From Syntrophobacteraceae bacterium (GTDB lineage: Bacteria > Desulfobacterota > Syntrophobacteria > Syntrophobacterales > Syntrophobacteraceae), in contig PLSV01000201.1 of the NCBI GenBank assembly GCA_003165235.1, forward strand, positions 1,488 to 65,487: 64,000 nucleotides of DNA, read 5' to 3'. Made by a program: the position numbers and the translations under genes. The notes beneath the pieces are model-generated. The model had not been told where the DNA came from, did no database searches, and worked only from the letters and a program-made list of their open reading frames with translations. This document shows positions 34,742 through 44,008 of this stretch, one piece after another; positions within the stretch are counted from its first letter, which is position 1; the number at the start of each line of letters is the position of its first letter.

Positions 34742-35140
34742 CTAGTCCTCGTAATTGTAAACCGCGCTGCAAAAGATCAAATCATTTTCTTTCTGAAAAT
34801 AGGCCAGTTTGGGGAGGACCTTATTTCTTCTGGGGTGGTACCATTTATATTTCACCCACCCGCTGATTTGATTCTTTGCGTTGTCCACAATCTCCTTATT
34901 AAACGCTTTGCCGTCGGAATCCTTAACGGCGAGAAAATCCAGCCCCACGAATTTGTCGTTGACCCCGTGCGCGAGCATGATCCCGGCAGTGCTCAAAACG
35001 AAAACATACAGATCGCCCTGGACAAACATTCCGTTGGTATTGGAAAACTCAGCCAATGCGACATCTTTTCCAACTAACTTGTAAAAGTCTATGGCCTGTT
35101 CCACCCAGTATTTCGCATACTCCTCGGGTCTCTCGTACAT
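34742..35140 (-). CDS. stand-alone single-Cache (sCache_2-like) domain protein, no signal peptide
   Basis: GDLYVFVLSTAGIMLAHG, FLAVKDSDGKAFNKEIV, GWVKYKWYHP: Cache_2-type pattern; N-terminus MYERPEEYAKYW is hydrophilic. Confidence 0.7.
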   Translation of the reverse strand: MYERPEEYAKYWVEQAIDFYKLVGKDVALAEFSNTNGMFVQGDLYVFVLSTAGIMLAHGVNDKFVGLDFLAVKDSDGKAFNKEIVDNAKNQISGWVKYKWYHPRRNKVLPKLAYFQKENDLIFCSAVYNYED

Positions 35141-35493
35141 TTAATTCTCCTTTGATAAAGGATGGCAACCCTCTTTTGCGGATGAATGAGAGCCTCTATC
35201 GAGTCCGGAATAGTCCCGGCGTCTGTTCATCCACTGCAGGCGCAATCGATCGACTTATTTAAAGCTTTATTTCACATGGCCGTCCCTTTGTCAAGCGTAT
35301 CCATCAGCATGAAACCCTTAAAAGGCCCGCCCACAAATGAAAGCATCCCAGGCGCATTTTGCAATGAGCAACCTGGAAAAACGCCTTTCGTCAAAAACAA
35401 TTACCCGCCGGCCAATACACTCATTTACACGGGAGTAAAAAAACCTTAAACAGGTATTTGATCGATACACAAATATCAAAAAGGCGGCAATTG

Positions 35494-36831
35494 ATGGCGA
35501 TAATCGCAATCGTTGGAAGACCCAACGTCGGCAAATCCACTCTTTTCAACAGGATAAGCAAGAGCAGCCGGGCGCTGGTAGATGACCTGCCGGGGGTCAC
35601 CAGGGACAGGAATTACGCCCGTGGAGTGTGGGACGAAAAGAGCTTCACCACTATTGATACTGGGGGGTTCATCATCAGGGACGATTCCCTTTTCGACCAG
35701 AGCACACGGGAGCAAATCTTCCACGCCCTCCAGGAAGCCGACATACTTCTTTTCGTGGGGGACGGCAAAACAGGGCTGCATCCCGAGGATTCCGCCCTTC
35801 TCAACATCCTGCGCCGCACCTCAAAGCCCCTTTTTTTTTCGGTAAACAAAATAGACGGCCCAGAGCAGCAGGGTAACCTGGCCGATTTTTACGCCCTGGG
35901 GGTCGAGGATATCTACCCGATCAGCTCGGCACACGGGTTTGGGGTGGGTGAGCTTCTCTCGGATATGGTCGAGCTTATACCTGAACCCCCCAGCCCGGAA
36001 AACGGTGAAGAAGCTGAGGTTTCAGAAATCCGCATATCCATTCTCGGCCGGCCGAACGTAGGAAAATCGACCCTGGTGAACCGAATTCTGGGCGCCCCGC
36101 GCGTCATTGTCAGCCCAATCCCCGGGACTACTCGAGACGCGGTTGATACGCTTTTCGAGCGTGACGCGCGCAAATACCTGCTCATAGATACAGCGGGCAT
36201 AAGGAAAAAGGGGAAAACGACCGAAAAGCTCGAAAAGATAAGCATAATCAAGGCGCTTCAAAGCATTGACAAAAGCCATGTCTGCGTTCTTTTGATCGAC
36301 GCCTCCGAGGGCGTGGCAGACCAGGACCTTCACATCGCGGGCTATATCCAGGAACGCTATCGGGCGTGCATTATCGGGGTAAACAAATGGGACGTCTTCG
36401 ATCCAAACCTAAAAACCCGGAAAAATTTTCTCGAAGATCTGAAGTGGCGCTTCCGCTTCATGCCCTTCGCCCCGGTCCTGACCCTGTCGGCCATCACCGG
36501 TAAAGGCGCGCAAAAAGTGCTCCCGACGGTACGTGAGGTTTTCGAGCAATACAGTAGCCGAATCTCAACCGGCATCCTCAACAGGGCGCTCCAGGAGGCT
36601 GTCAGCGCACATCAGCCCCCTATAGTCCGAGGCCGCAGACTCAAGTTTTTTTACGGAACACAGGCCGGGACCCGCCCTCCAATGTTCGTTCTGTTTTGCA
36701 ACTACCCCAAGAGTATCCACTTTTCCTACGAACGCTTTCTTCTAAACAAGCTCAGGGAAAGCTTCGGGCTGGATAAAACACCTTTGCGGCTCGTATTTCG
36801 CGGCAGAACGCAAAGGGACAAAAACGAATAA
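35494..36831 (+). CDS. der: ribosome-associated GTPase Der (EngA)
   Basis: Two tandem GTPase domains (GRPNVGKST twice, DTGG/DTAG, NKID/NKWD) plus KH-like C-terminus. ATG 35494 preferred over TTG 35458. Confidence 0.9.
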   Translation: MAIIAIVGRPNVGKSTLFNRISKSSRALVDDLPGVTRDRNYARGVWDEKSFTTIDTGGFIIRDDSLFDQSTREQIFHALQEADILLFVGDGKTGLHPEDSALLNILRRTSKPLFFSVNKIDGPEQQGNLADFYALGVEDIYPISSAHGFGVGELLSDMVELIPEPPSPENGEEAEVSEIRISILGRPNVGKSTLVNRILGAPRVIVSPIPGTTRDAVDTLFERDARKYLLIDTAGIRKKGKTTEKLEKISIIKALQSIDKSHVCVLLIDASEGVADQDLHIAGYIQERYRACIIGVNKWDVFDPNLKTRKNFLEDLKWRFRFMPFAPVLTLSAITGKGAQKVLPTVREVFEQYSSRISTGILNRALQEAVSAHQPPIVRGRRLKFFYGTQAGTRPPMFVLFCNYPKSIHFSYERFLLNKLRESFGLDKTPLRLVFRGRTQRDKNE

Positions 36832-36879
36832 CGAGAAGCAAGGAGCAGGGAGCAGAAGCTTCAAGCTTCCCGCAAACAG

Positions 36880-38517
36880 CTATATTTTCCAGCGAACACT
36901 GATTGTTGTTCCGATTTCCAGAATGGATTCAATCTCAAATTCTCCGCCTGAGAGTTCCGCTCGCTCACGCATGGATGTAAGGCCAAATTTGGCGCCCTCT
37001 CCCTTCGAGACAACGGCAGCCCGATCAAATCCCACCCCGTCGTCGCTGACGCGCAATGTAATACATCCATCTTCCAATGAAAGGTCCAGTGATATTTTCC
37101 TGGCCCGGCTATGCTTGGCCGAATTGTTCATCGCCTCCTGAATGACTCGGAATATGATAATTTTCAGGTTTTCCGGGACTTGAGACTCTTCAAGCCTGAT
37201 ATCTTTCTCAACCGTGATATCGGTGTAAATGCTCTCGAACCTTCTGCAAAACCAACCTATAGTGGCAATTATTCCAAAATCGTCGAGCAACGAGGGCCGA
37301 AGATCGGTCATGATGCGTCTGGACTCATCAATCGCCTGATCCATTGCCCTTGACAGCGTAATGAAACTTTCCCGGACCTCAGGATTTCCAGTGAGCTGCG
37401 CCGCAGCGTTCTCCAGGCAAAACTTGACGGCGCTGAGCGATGACCCGATGCTGTCGTGCATCTCCCTTGCGATTCTCTTTCGCTCGTCTTCCTGGGCGCG
37501 AAGGAGCTGCGAGGCCAGCAGTCTCAGCTCTTCCCGCGATTCGTTCAACTCCATAAAGGTTTCTGCAAGCTCCTGGGTCCGCTGCTGAACGCACAATTCG
37601 AGATTGTCACGGGCGATCCTGAGTTCTTCCTGAATACGTTTCAATTCGCCTATATCTCTCCAGGTGGCCACCGCGCCTGTCACATTCCCCAAACTATCTC
37701 TAATGGGACCGGCGTTAACCAGTACGGGAATGTCGTCTTCACAGCACCCCTTAAGAACGTGCTCCTGGTTTGACGCGATCCTTCCCCGCAGAGCGGCGTC
37801 CCTAATCGATCTCAGCAAACCAGAGCTGTCAGGCCACAGCTCTGCGACCGACAAATCCAGATCGGTAAGCAACTGGTTGCGCTCTTGTTTTCCACCGTCG
37901 CGGCAAACCATATCGACAGCGTACCTGCTGAGCGCCTGCACCTGGAGATCCGGGGAGTTGACAAGGACTATGCCTACCGGAATGTGTTCGAGCAGCGCTT
38001 CCAGGATCGCCTGCCGCCCTTCGGCCTCGTGCGCCCTTCTCTCGGCGTCGGCCTGCGCTTCGGCGTGCTGAATGGTTCTTTCCCTGACAAGTTCCTCGAG
38101 ACTGCTCTTATGCCGCTTTAGCTCTTCCTCGATACGCTTGCTCATTATCGAGTAGCGGATCGAACGTTCCAGAATGGGAACCGTAAATTCGCCCTTCGCC
38201 AGGTAATCGGAGGCACCAGCCTCCATGGCCTGCAGGTCGACCGCATAGTTCCCGTGCGCCGTCAGGAAGATGATAGGCGCCGTGCAGCCTCCCTCAACGG
38301 CTGTCCTCAAAAGATCAAGACCGTTATGGGACCCCATGGAATAATCAAGAAGATATACGTCGTGCTCTTCCCTGCAAATTGCCTCCAACCCCGCCTCATA
38401 TGTCTGGACCCAGGCAAGCTCGAATCTGGTATTCTCCGCTTCGGCAAGCATATCGGAAACCAAGAGGAAATCCTCCTGGTCATCATCGATCAGCAGTACG
38501 CGAACGTGATCCGCCAT
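36880..38517 (-). CDS. hybrid REC-PAS-histidine kinase (HisKA_3 / NarL-class)
   Basis: REC (VRVLLIDDDQED, YLLDYSMG), coiled coil, PAS, H-box REMHDSIGSSL, HATPase_c (VSDDGVGFD, GLTSMRERAELSGG). No LuxR-type partner adjacent. Confidence 0.85.
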   Translation of the reverse strand: MADHVRVLLIDDDQEDFLLVSDMLAEAENTRFELAWVQTYEAGLEAICREEHDVYLLDYSMGSHNGLDLLRTAVEGGCTAPIIFLTAHGNYAVDLQAMEAGASDYLAKGEFTVPILERSIRYSIMSKRIEEELKRHKSSLEELVRERTIQHAEAQADAERRAHEAEGRQAILEALLEHIPVGIVLVNSPDLQVQALSRYAVDMVCRDGGKQERNQLLTDLDLSVAELWPDSSGLLRSIRDAALRGRIASNQEHVLKGCCEDDIPVLVNAGPIRDSLGNVTGAVATWRDIGELKRIQEELRIARDNLELCVQQRTQELAETFMELNESREELRLLASQLLRAQEDERKRIAREMHDSIGSSLSAVKFCLENAAAQLTGNPEVRESFITLSRAMDQAIDESRRIMTDLRPSLLDDFGIIATIGWFCRRFESIYTDITVEKDIRLEESQVPENLKIIIFRVIQEAMNNSAKHSRARKISLDLSLEDGCITLRVSDDGVGFDRAAVVSKGEGAKFGLTSMRERAELSGGEFEIESILEIGTTISVRWKI

Positions 38518-38691
38518 GCAGGCTCCTGCGTCATAAGTTTTCGGCCGAAAGCCGAATCCCGTCTAAATATGGTGTGGGTTATACAGGTATCGGGGGTGGA
38601 AACCGCCGCCGTCTGCAAAGACCGACCGTTGGCGCGCCATATGAAAATTATCCCGCACGTCCTCTTTTCATTTTTCCCCCAAGCATGCCTT

Positions 38692-39531
38692 TTATATCTG
38701 AATCGATTTTGGATTACAACCCTTGCCACGTCCCTGCTTAAACTCGTAGAACTCATGAAAATGGTGTACAGGTCCATGTCCTCCGCCCAGGGGCAGCCCA
38801 CCGGCAATGGCCCTCCCTACGTATGTTTTTGCCCGTCCTACAGCATCCTCCACTGATGATCCCTTCGCTATAAATGCCGCTATGGCCGAGGCGAAGGTAC
38901 AGCCCGTACCATGAGTATGGGGTGTACTATGCCGCAGTCCGACGTATTCACGAAAATTTCGGCCGTCGTAGAGCAGGTCAACCGGGTTTCCTTGCAGGTG
39001 GCCTCCTTTTATGACTACATATCTAGGCCCGAACTGTTTTAGTTTCACAGCAGCAAGCCTCATATCGTCAGCGCATTCGACCCGCATGCCTGTGAGGGTT
39101 TCCGCCTCATCCAGATTCGGTGTGATTATCAATGCCATCGGGAAGAGCCGGCAAACCAGGGCCTCGACCGCATCCGCATTCAGGAGCCTCTCTCCGCTCT
39201 TTGCAACCATTACAGGATCAACAACTACATTTTGGAGATCCAATTCCTTGAGATCGGAAGAGACCCTCGATATGATCGCAGCGCTGGAGAGCATCCCCGT
39301 TTTCACGGAGTCAACCCCGATGTCCAATACAACGGAGCGAATCTGCGATGAGACGAAATCAGGGTCTATTTCGATAATTCCGTATACTCCCAGCGTGTTT
39401 TGAGAGGTCAGGGCCGCCACGGCGCTCATGGCGTAAACACCCAGCGCCGAGAATGTCTTTATGTCGGCCTGAATGCCGGCGCCGCCGCTCGAATCAGATC
39501 CCGCGATAGTGAGCGCTCTGGGTATTTTCAT
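38692..39531 (-). CDS. thiD: hydroxymethylpyrimidine/phosphomethylpyrimidine kinase
   Basis: ALTIAGSDSSGGAGIQADIKT and GTGCTFASAIAA motifs. Confidence 0.9.
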   Translation of the reverse strand: MKIPRALTIAGSDSSGGAGIQADIKTFSALGVYAMSAVAALTSQNTLGVYGIIEIDPDFVSSQIRSVVLDIGVDSVKTGMLSSAAIISRVSSDLKELDLQNVVVDPVMVAKSGERLLNADAVEALVCRLFPMALIITPNLDEAETLTGMRVECADDMRLAAVKLKQFGPRYVVIKGGHLQGNPVDLLYDGRNFREYVGLRHSTPHTHGTGCTFASAIAAFIAKGSSVEDAVGRAKTYVGRAIAGGLPLGGGHGPVHHFHEFYEFKQGRGKGCNPKSIQI

Positions 39532-40538
39532 CTAAAATGGTCCCACCCTTTCTCCGATGGGGCAATCCGCTTTCCATCGGCAAGCTGGACCCATACCTCA
39601 CCGATTTCGGCTGTGATTCTCCCTATTTGGGCGCATGAGGTTCCGGTTTCATCGAGCAACATTTTTCTCAGACCGGGAACAGCCTCAGGGCTGGAAGTGA
39701 ACATTAGTTCGTAGTCTTCGCCACCCGACAGGACCCATTCCAACGAATCCGCACCAGCCGCATGGGCCGCTTCGCAAATCGCAGGGCTAACCGGAAGGCT
39801 TGCAGCCTCGATTTCAGCTCCCTTGCCGCTGGATTTGCAAATATGGCAAAGATCGCTAATAACTCCGTCACTTACGTCTATCATGGAGGTGACCTGACCG
39901 GAACGAGCGAGAAGTTGTCCCTCGACAAGACGGGGCTGAGGGCTCAGATGTCTTTCCAAAAGCTTCTGCCTGCTCAAACCGCTCACAGCGAGGTCCTGGC
40001 GGCGGATCAGTTCCAGACCGGCCCTGGACTCTCCGGGCGACCCGGTTAACAGTATAGCGTCCCCTGCGCGGGCCGTGCTCCTCAGTGTGAGCTGCTCAGG
40101 CGCCACTAAGCCCAGGAGTGTGAAATCCACTACGATGAGGGATTCCATGCGGCTCAAGTTACCACCCACAATAGACGCGCCCGCCAGCGCCGCCTGCTCT
40201 CGCAGGCCGCGATACAACTCCTCGACATATCCAACTTCCGTACTCCCCGGAATGGCAAGCGAGACGAGCGCCCATCGCGGATCGCCCCCCATCGCGGCTA
40301 TATCGCTCACATTTATCGCCGCCGCCTTGCGCCCCAACTGATACGGGGTAATGGCCTGACGGGTGAAATGGACACCCTCAACCTGAATATCGCAGGTGGC
40401 GAGCAGGTATTCCGGCCCGGAGGCATCGAGCACGGCCACATCGTCCCCAATTCCTCTGACCACCCCGGCCGCCGGCTCCGCAAGCATGCCCGATATACGA
40501 CCGATCAACCCGAACTCTCCGATTTCCCCGACCAGCAC
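39528..40538 (-). CDS. thiL: thiamine-monophosphate kinase
   Basis: GEFGLIGRI, GIGDDVAVL, AIR-synthase-like fold pattern; GTG start; stop overlaps thiD start (39528-39531). Confidence 0.9.
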   Translation of the reverse strand: MLVGEIGEFGLIGRISGMLAEPAAGVVRGIGDDVAVLDASGPEYLLATCDIQVEGVHFTRQAITPYQLGRKAAAINVSDIAAMGGDPRWALVSLAIPGSTEVGYVEELYRGLREQAALAGASIVGGNLSRMESLIVVDFTLLGLVAPEQLTLRSTARAGDAILLTGSPGESRAGLELIRRQDLAVSGLSRQKLLERHLSPQPRLVEGQLLARSGQVTSMIDVSDGVISDLCHICKSSGKGAEIEAASLPVSPAICEAAHAAGADSLEWVLSGGEDYELMFTSSPEAVPGLRKMLLDETGTSCAQIGRITAEIGEVWVQLADGKRIAPSEKGWDHFR

Positions 40539-40736
40539 CTTATTTCTCCCGCATTGGGGTTATTTTTAAGCTCCGCACGCTCTACGCCTGTTCGATACTC
40601 TTCATTACCTCAGTACAAGCCTAATGACAGGAACTTTCCCCTGAGTTCCAGACCTGATAACTATAATGCATAATAAGGGACTGCTCTATTCTTTTTTAAA
40701 CAGGTCCAATTATCGAATTCATGGGGATCACGGTTA

Positions 40737-40766
40737 TTGACTCCCAGGTGTTTTCATGGCTATACT
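40737..40766 (+). promoter_or_regulatory. sigma-70-type promoter candidate
   Basis: TTGACT (40737-40742), 18-nt spacer, TATACT (40761-40766), about 90 nt upstream of ATG 40859. Confidence 0.3.
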
Positions 40767-40858
40767 TGCGCCAAAATAATCTTTAGGCCCATTTACCGAC
40801 AATCGCCACCCACACAGCAGATTGCCTCTGTGGGTAATTTTTTGATGAGGAGAACCAA

Positions 40859-41872
40859 ATGAGAAAGGCTGGGCTAATCGCTTCCGCACTGTTAGTTTTT
40901 GTATTTTTAGCCGCGTACGGCTTTTACCTGTCCTGCGCCGCCGACAAGCCATCCCAGAATGCCACCGCCTCCACTAAACAAAATGAACCAAAAAATGCCG
41001 CACTAGTGAACGGGAAGGCCATCACTATGTCGGATTATCAAGCGGGAATCGATCAGCTTCAGCGGCAGGTCTCCATGACCGGCCGTCAGCCTGACGAAAA
41101 AGAAATGCAGACATTAAAGCAAAGAATTCTTGATAACCTGATCGACCGTGAACTCCTGAAACAGGAAGCCGAGAAGAGAGGAATCAAGGCCGATGACGCC
41201 GAGGTGAATGCCCAACTGGATGCTGTAAAGAAAGGCACTACACCTGAAAATTTCGCTAATTCGCTTAAGCAGATGAATATGACCGAACCGGCGTTGAAGG
41301 CTTACTTCGCCTCTCAGCTCGCCATGAAGAAACTGCTGGACAAGGATTTGGCGTCGAAGATCGTCGTTACGCCTGAAGAAGTGAAGGCTTTTTATGATGG
41401 CAACCCTGACGTATTTAAGACTCCCGAAATGATCCGCGCCAGCCACATCCTCGTAAAAGTGGATAAAACAGCCTCTGCCGAAGAAAAGGCCAAAGCGCTG
41501 GAAAAGATCAAGGGCGTTCAGAAACGGCTCAATGGGGGCGAGGACTTCGCCAAGGTGGCAAAGGAGGTCTCCGATTGTCCTAGCAAGGATAATGGCGGCG
41601 ACCTGAACTTTTTCCAAAAAGGCCAGATGGTGCCGCCATTCGAAAACGCTGCTTTTTCCATGAAAACGGGGCAGACCAGCGATATAGTGGAAACTGAGTT
41701 CGGCTATCACATAATTAAGCTGACCGATAAGAAAGAAGCGGGAACGATGTCCTTTGATGAAGTCAAGCCCCGCATCGAACAACACCTGAGGTCTGAAAAA
41801 ATGTCCCAGGAATTCCCTAAATATGTGGAAACGTTTAAATCCAAAGCCAAGATAGAGATCTTTGTAAAATAG
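40859..41872 (+). CDS. parvulin-type peptidyl-prolyl isomerase (SurA/PrsA-like)
   Basis: N-terminal anchor/signal helix, SurA_N-like helical region, parvulin domain ASHILVKV...GGDLNFFQKGQMVPPFENAAF...FGYHIIKL. Confidence 0.85.
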   Translation: MRKAGLIASALLVFVFLAAYGFYLSCAADKPSQNATASTKQNEPKNAALVNGKAITMSDYQAGIDQLQRQVSMTGRQPDEKEMQTLKQRILDNLIDRELLKQEAEKRGIKADDAEVNAQLDAVKKGTTPENFANSLKQMNMTEPALKAYFASQLAMKKLLDKDLASKIVVTPEEVKAFYDGNPDVFKTPEMIRASHILVKVDKTASAEEKAKALEKIKGVQKRLNGGEDFAKVAKEVSDCPSKDNGGDLNFFQKGQMVPPFENAAFSMKTGQTSDIVETEFGYHIIKLTDKKEAGTMSFDEVKPRIEQHLRSEKMSQEFPKYVETFKSKAKIEIFVK

Positions 41873-41908
41873 CGCATTTCAAATATCGCCTTATCGCGAA
41901 ATAACCAG

Positions 41909-41932
41909 GATCCCCCCTTCCCAGGGGGGATC
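41909..41932 (+). terminator. GC-rich hairpin after the PPIase gene (terminator candidate, no U-tract)
   Basis: GATCCCCCC / GGGGGGATC 9-bp stem with 6-nt loop, 37 nt after the stop codon. Confidence 0.4.
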
Positions 41933-42323
41933 TCCATTAGTGCACAAGCAAATGAATCCCCCCGGCAGGTGGGCTTAACTCACACATACTAATCCAGCCC
42001 GGGCCTATCGGCCCCATCTTCCTTCTTCCATTTCATCCGACTATTGATTAAGTTATGCGCCGAAGGTTTTCTCTGAAGTATTTTGCGCAAGGATGCGCAC
42101 TTATCGTGCTGGTTCAACGCGGTTCTTCCTGTCCCTTTGGGACACCCAAACCATCAAAAGGCTTAACCTGGTGAGACCGGGCCAACGACCACGCCTTACC
42201 GCCATCATTTTCTACGTTCCGCGACGGTAGGAGAGCACCATTCGCACGATGAACTTTTCACAGGACCATACTGAAAACTTGATGCCGTATTCTCTGTGCT
42301 CCCTGCGCCCGGTTCGATGCATG

Positions 42324-42352
42324 AATGGTTTTTGTGAACCATTTCGGTTTTT
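42324..42352 (+). terminator. terminator/attenuator hairpin immediately upstream of the DUF4301-like gene
   Basis: AATGGTT-tttgtg-AACCATT 7-bp stem then TCGG TTTTT; 31 nt before ATG 42383. Upstream ACCATTC (42237-42243) could pair with the 5' arm as an antiterminator. Confidence 0.45.
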
Positions 42353-42382
42353 GATTCTTTATTGAAAACGGCGGACGAGTTA

Positions 42383-43984
42383 ATGACAATCAGGTTTACC
42401 AACGCGGACCGTCAGCAGATGAAAACCCTGGGCATCACTACGGCCAGGGTATTTGAGCAGATTGACATATTCAGGCGCTCCGATTTTTTCGTCCGTTTGA
42501 AAAGACCGTGCACCCTCGGCGACGGCATTCGAAAAATCGACGATGCCGATTTGGGGGAATATATCCATCTGCACTCCTCGGCAGCCAGGCAGGGCCGATT
42601 CATGAAATTTGTTCCTGCCTCAGGGGCGGCCACCCGGATGTTCCAGTCTCTGCTCCAGATTTTCTACCTTCCCCAGTATCTCGAAAAGGATGAGCTGCAA
42701 AAGAGAATGGACCAGGGGGTTTCGATAGCGTGCGACTTCAAGCGTTTTGTCGATGAGATCTACAGGTTCCCTTTCGTGCACAACTTGAGGGAGGTCATGG
42801 CCAGCGACGGATATATCCTGGATGACGTAGTCCGCGAGGGCTATTTCAGAGTTCTGCTGGAATATCTCTTAACCGCAAGAGGGCTCAGCTACGGGAATCT
42901 TCCCAAAGCCATGCTCCTGTTTCACTCCTACCCCGAAGGACACAGGACCGCCTTCGAGGAGCAGATTGCCGAGTCGACAACATACCTGGGGGCCGACAGC
43001 GGCAAGTGCAGCCTGCACTTCACCGTGCCGGAGGAACACGAGACAGACTTCCATGCGCTAAGGGAGGACGTTTGCCCCCGCTACGCGGACCGTCACTGCG
43101 CCATTTTTGATGTTTCCTTTTCATGCCAGAAATCATCGACAAATACTATAGCCGTGGATATGCAGGGATTTCCCTTCCGCGACAGGCTCGGCCGGCTTCA
43201 TTTCAGGCCGGCCGGACACGGCGCTCTGATCGAGAATCTAAATGAACTCAATGCCGACCTTATCTACGTGAAAAACGTGGACAACGTCGTTCCCGACAGA
43301 CTCAAAGAGACGGTTTGCTTCTGGAAGCAGGTGATGGGCGGCCATCTGGTCTCAATTCAGAAAACAATTCATTCGCTCCTGCGCCGGATGCAGGGTCCGG
43401 ATACGAGCAATGCGGTCCGGGAGGCTGAAGCTTTCGCCGCGCGCGAACTTCTTTTGAGCTTTCCCGCAGGGTTTAAAATTTGGCCTGAAGAAAAGAAGCG
43501 CTCCTTTTTGTTCGATATGTTGAACAGGCCCATTCGAGTCTGCGGGGTGGTCCCAAACGCCGGTGAACCTGGAGGAGCGCCCTTCTGGGTCGAAGATGAA
43601 AATGGAGACCTGTCCGTTCAGATAATCGAAAAGGCTCAGGTGGATTTAAATTCCTCGGAACAAAGCGCCATATGGAATTTATCCACCCATTTCAACCCGG
43701 TCGATATCGTATGCTGCGCGCGGGATTTTGAAGGAAAGCCTCACGATCTGAGAAAATTCGTCGATCCCAAGACGGTCATAATCACCAGGAAATCGCTAGA
43801 CGGAACAGACATACAGGCCCTTGAGCTTCCCGGACTCTGGAACGGCGGCATGGCCCATTGGATAACCGTATTCGTCGAAGTCCCTGCAGCCACTTTCAAC
43901 CCTGTCAAATCACTCTTCGATCTGCTGCGGCCCGAGCATCAGCCGGAACTCCCACACCGCAGCAGCCTGAGCGCCGAGGATTAG
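42383..43984 (+). CDS. DUF4301-like protein, possible sugar-nucleotide pyrophosphorylase-related fold
   Basis: About 530 aa; FVPASGAATRMF loop resembles the nucleotide-binding loop of UDP-sugar pyrophosphorylases. Family recalled from memory, not searched. ATG 42383 preferred over TTG 42362. Confidence 0.55.
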   Translation: MTIRFTNADRQQMKTLGITTARVFEQIDIFRRSDFFVRLKRPCTLGDGIRKIDDADLGEYIHLHSSAARQGRFMKFVPASGAATRMFQSLLQIFYLPQYLEKDELQKRMDQGVSIACDFKRFVDEIYRFPFVHNLREVMASDGYILDDVVREGYFRVLLEYLLTARGLSYGNLPKAMLLFHSYPEGHRTAFEEQIAESTTYLGADSGKCSLHFTVPEEHETDFHALREDVCPRYADRHCAIFDVSFSCQKSSTNTIAVDMQGFPFRDRLGRLHFRPAGHGALIENLNELNADLIYVKNVDNVVPDRLKETVCFWKQVMGGHLVSIQKTIHSLLRRMQGPDTSNAVREAEAFAARELLLSFPAGFKIWPEEKKRSFLFDMLNRPIRVCGVVPNAGEPGGAPFWVEDENGDLSVQIIEKAQVDLNSSEQSAIWNLSTHFNPVDIVCCARDFEGKPHDLRKFVDPKTVIITRKSLDGTDIQALELPGLWNGGMAHWITVFVEVPAATFNPVKSLFDLLRPEHQPELPHRSSLSAED

Positions 43985-44008
43985 AAGGAGACTCCACCCC
44001 GCCGGGGC

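Noticed and set aside
40641-40680. TPP-riboswitch-like fragments next to thiL (CTGAG 40641, ACCTGAT 40652, ATAATGC 40663, AGGGA 40676)
   Set aside because: They are in the right order and right next to thiamine genes, but on the plus strand while thiL-thiD are on the minus strand. The GGGGUGC/ACCC P2 elements are missing and the arms flanking AUAAUGC cannot form P5. Possibly a decayed relic or coincidence. An Infernal scan with RF00059 would settle it.
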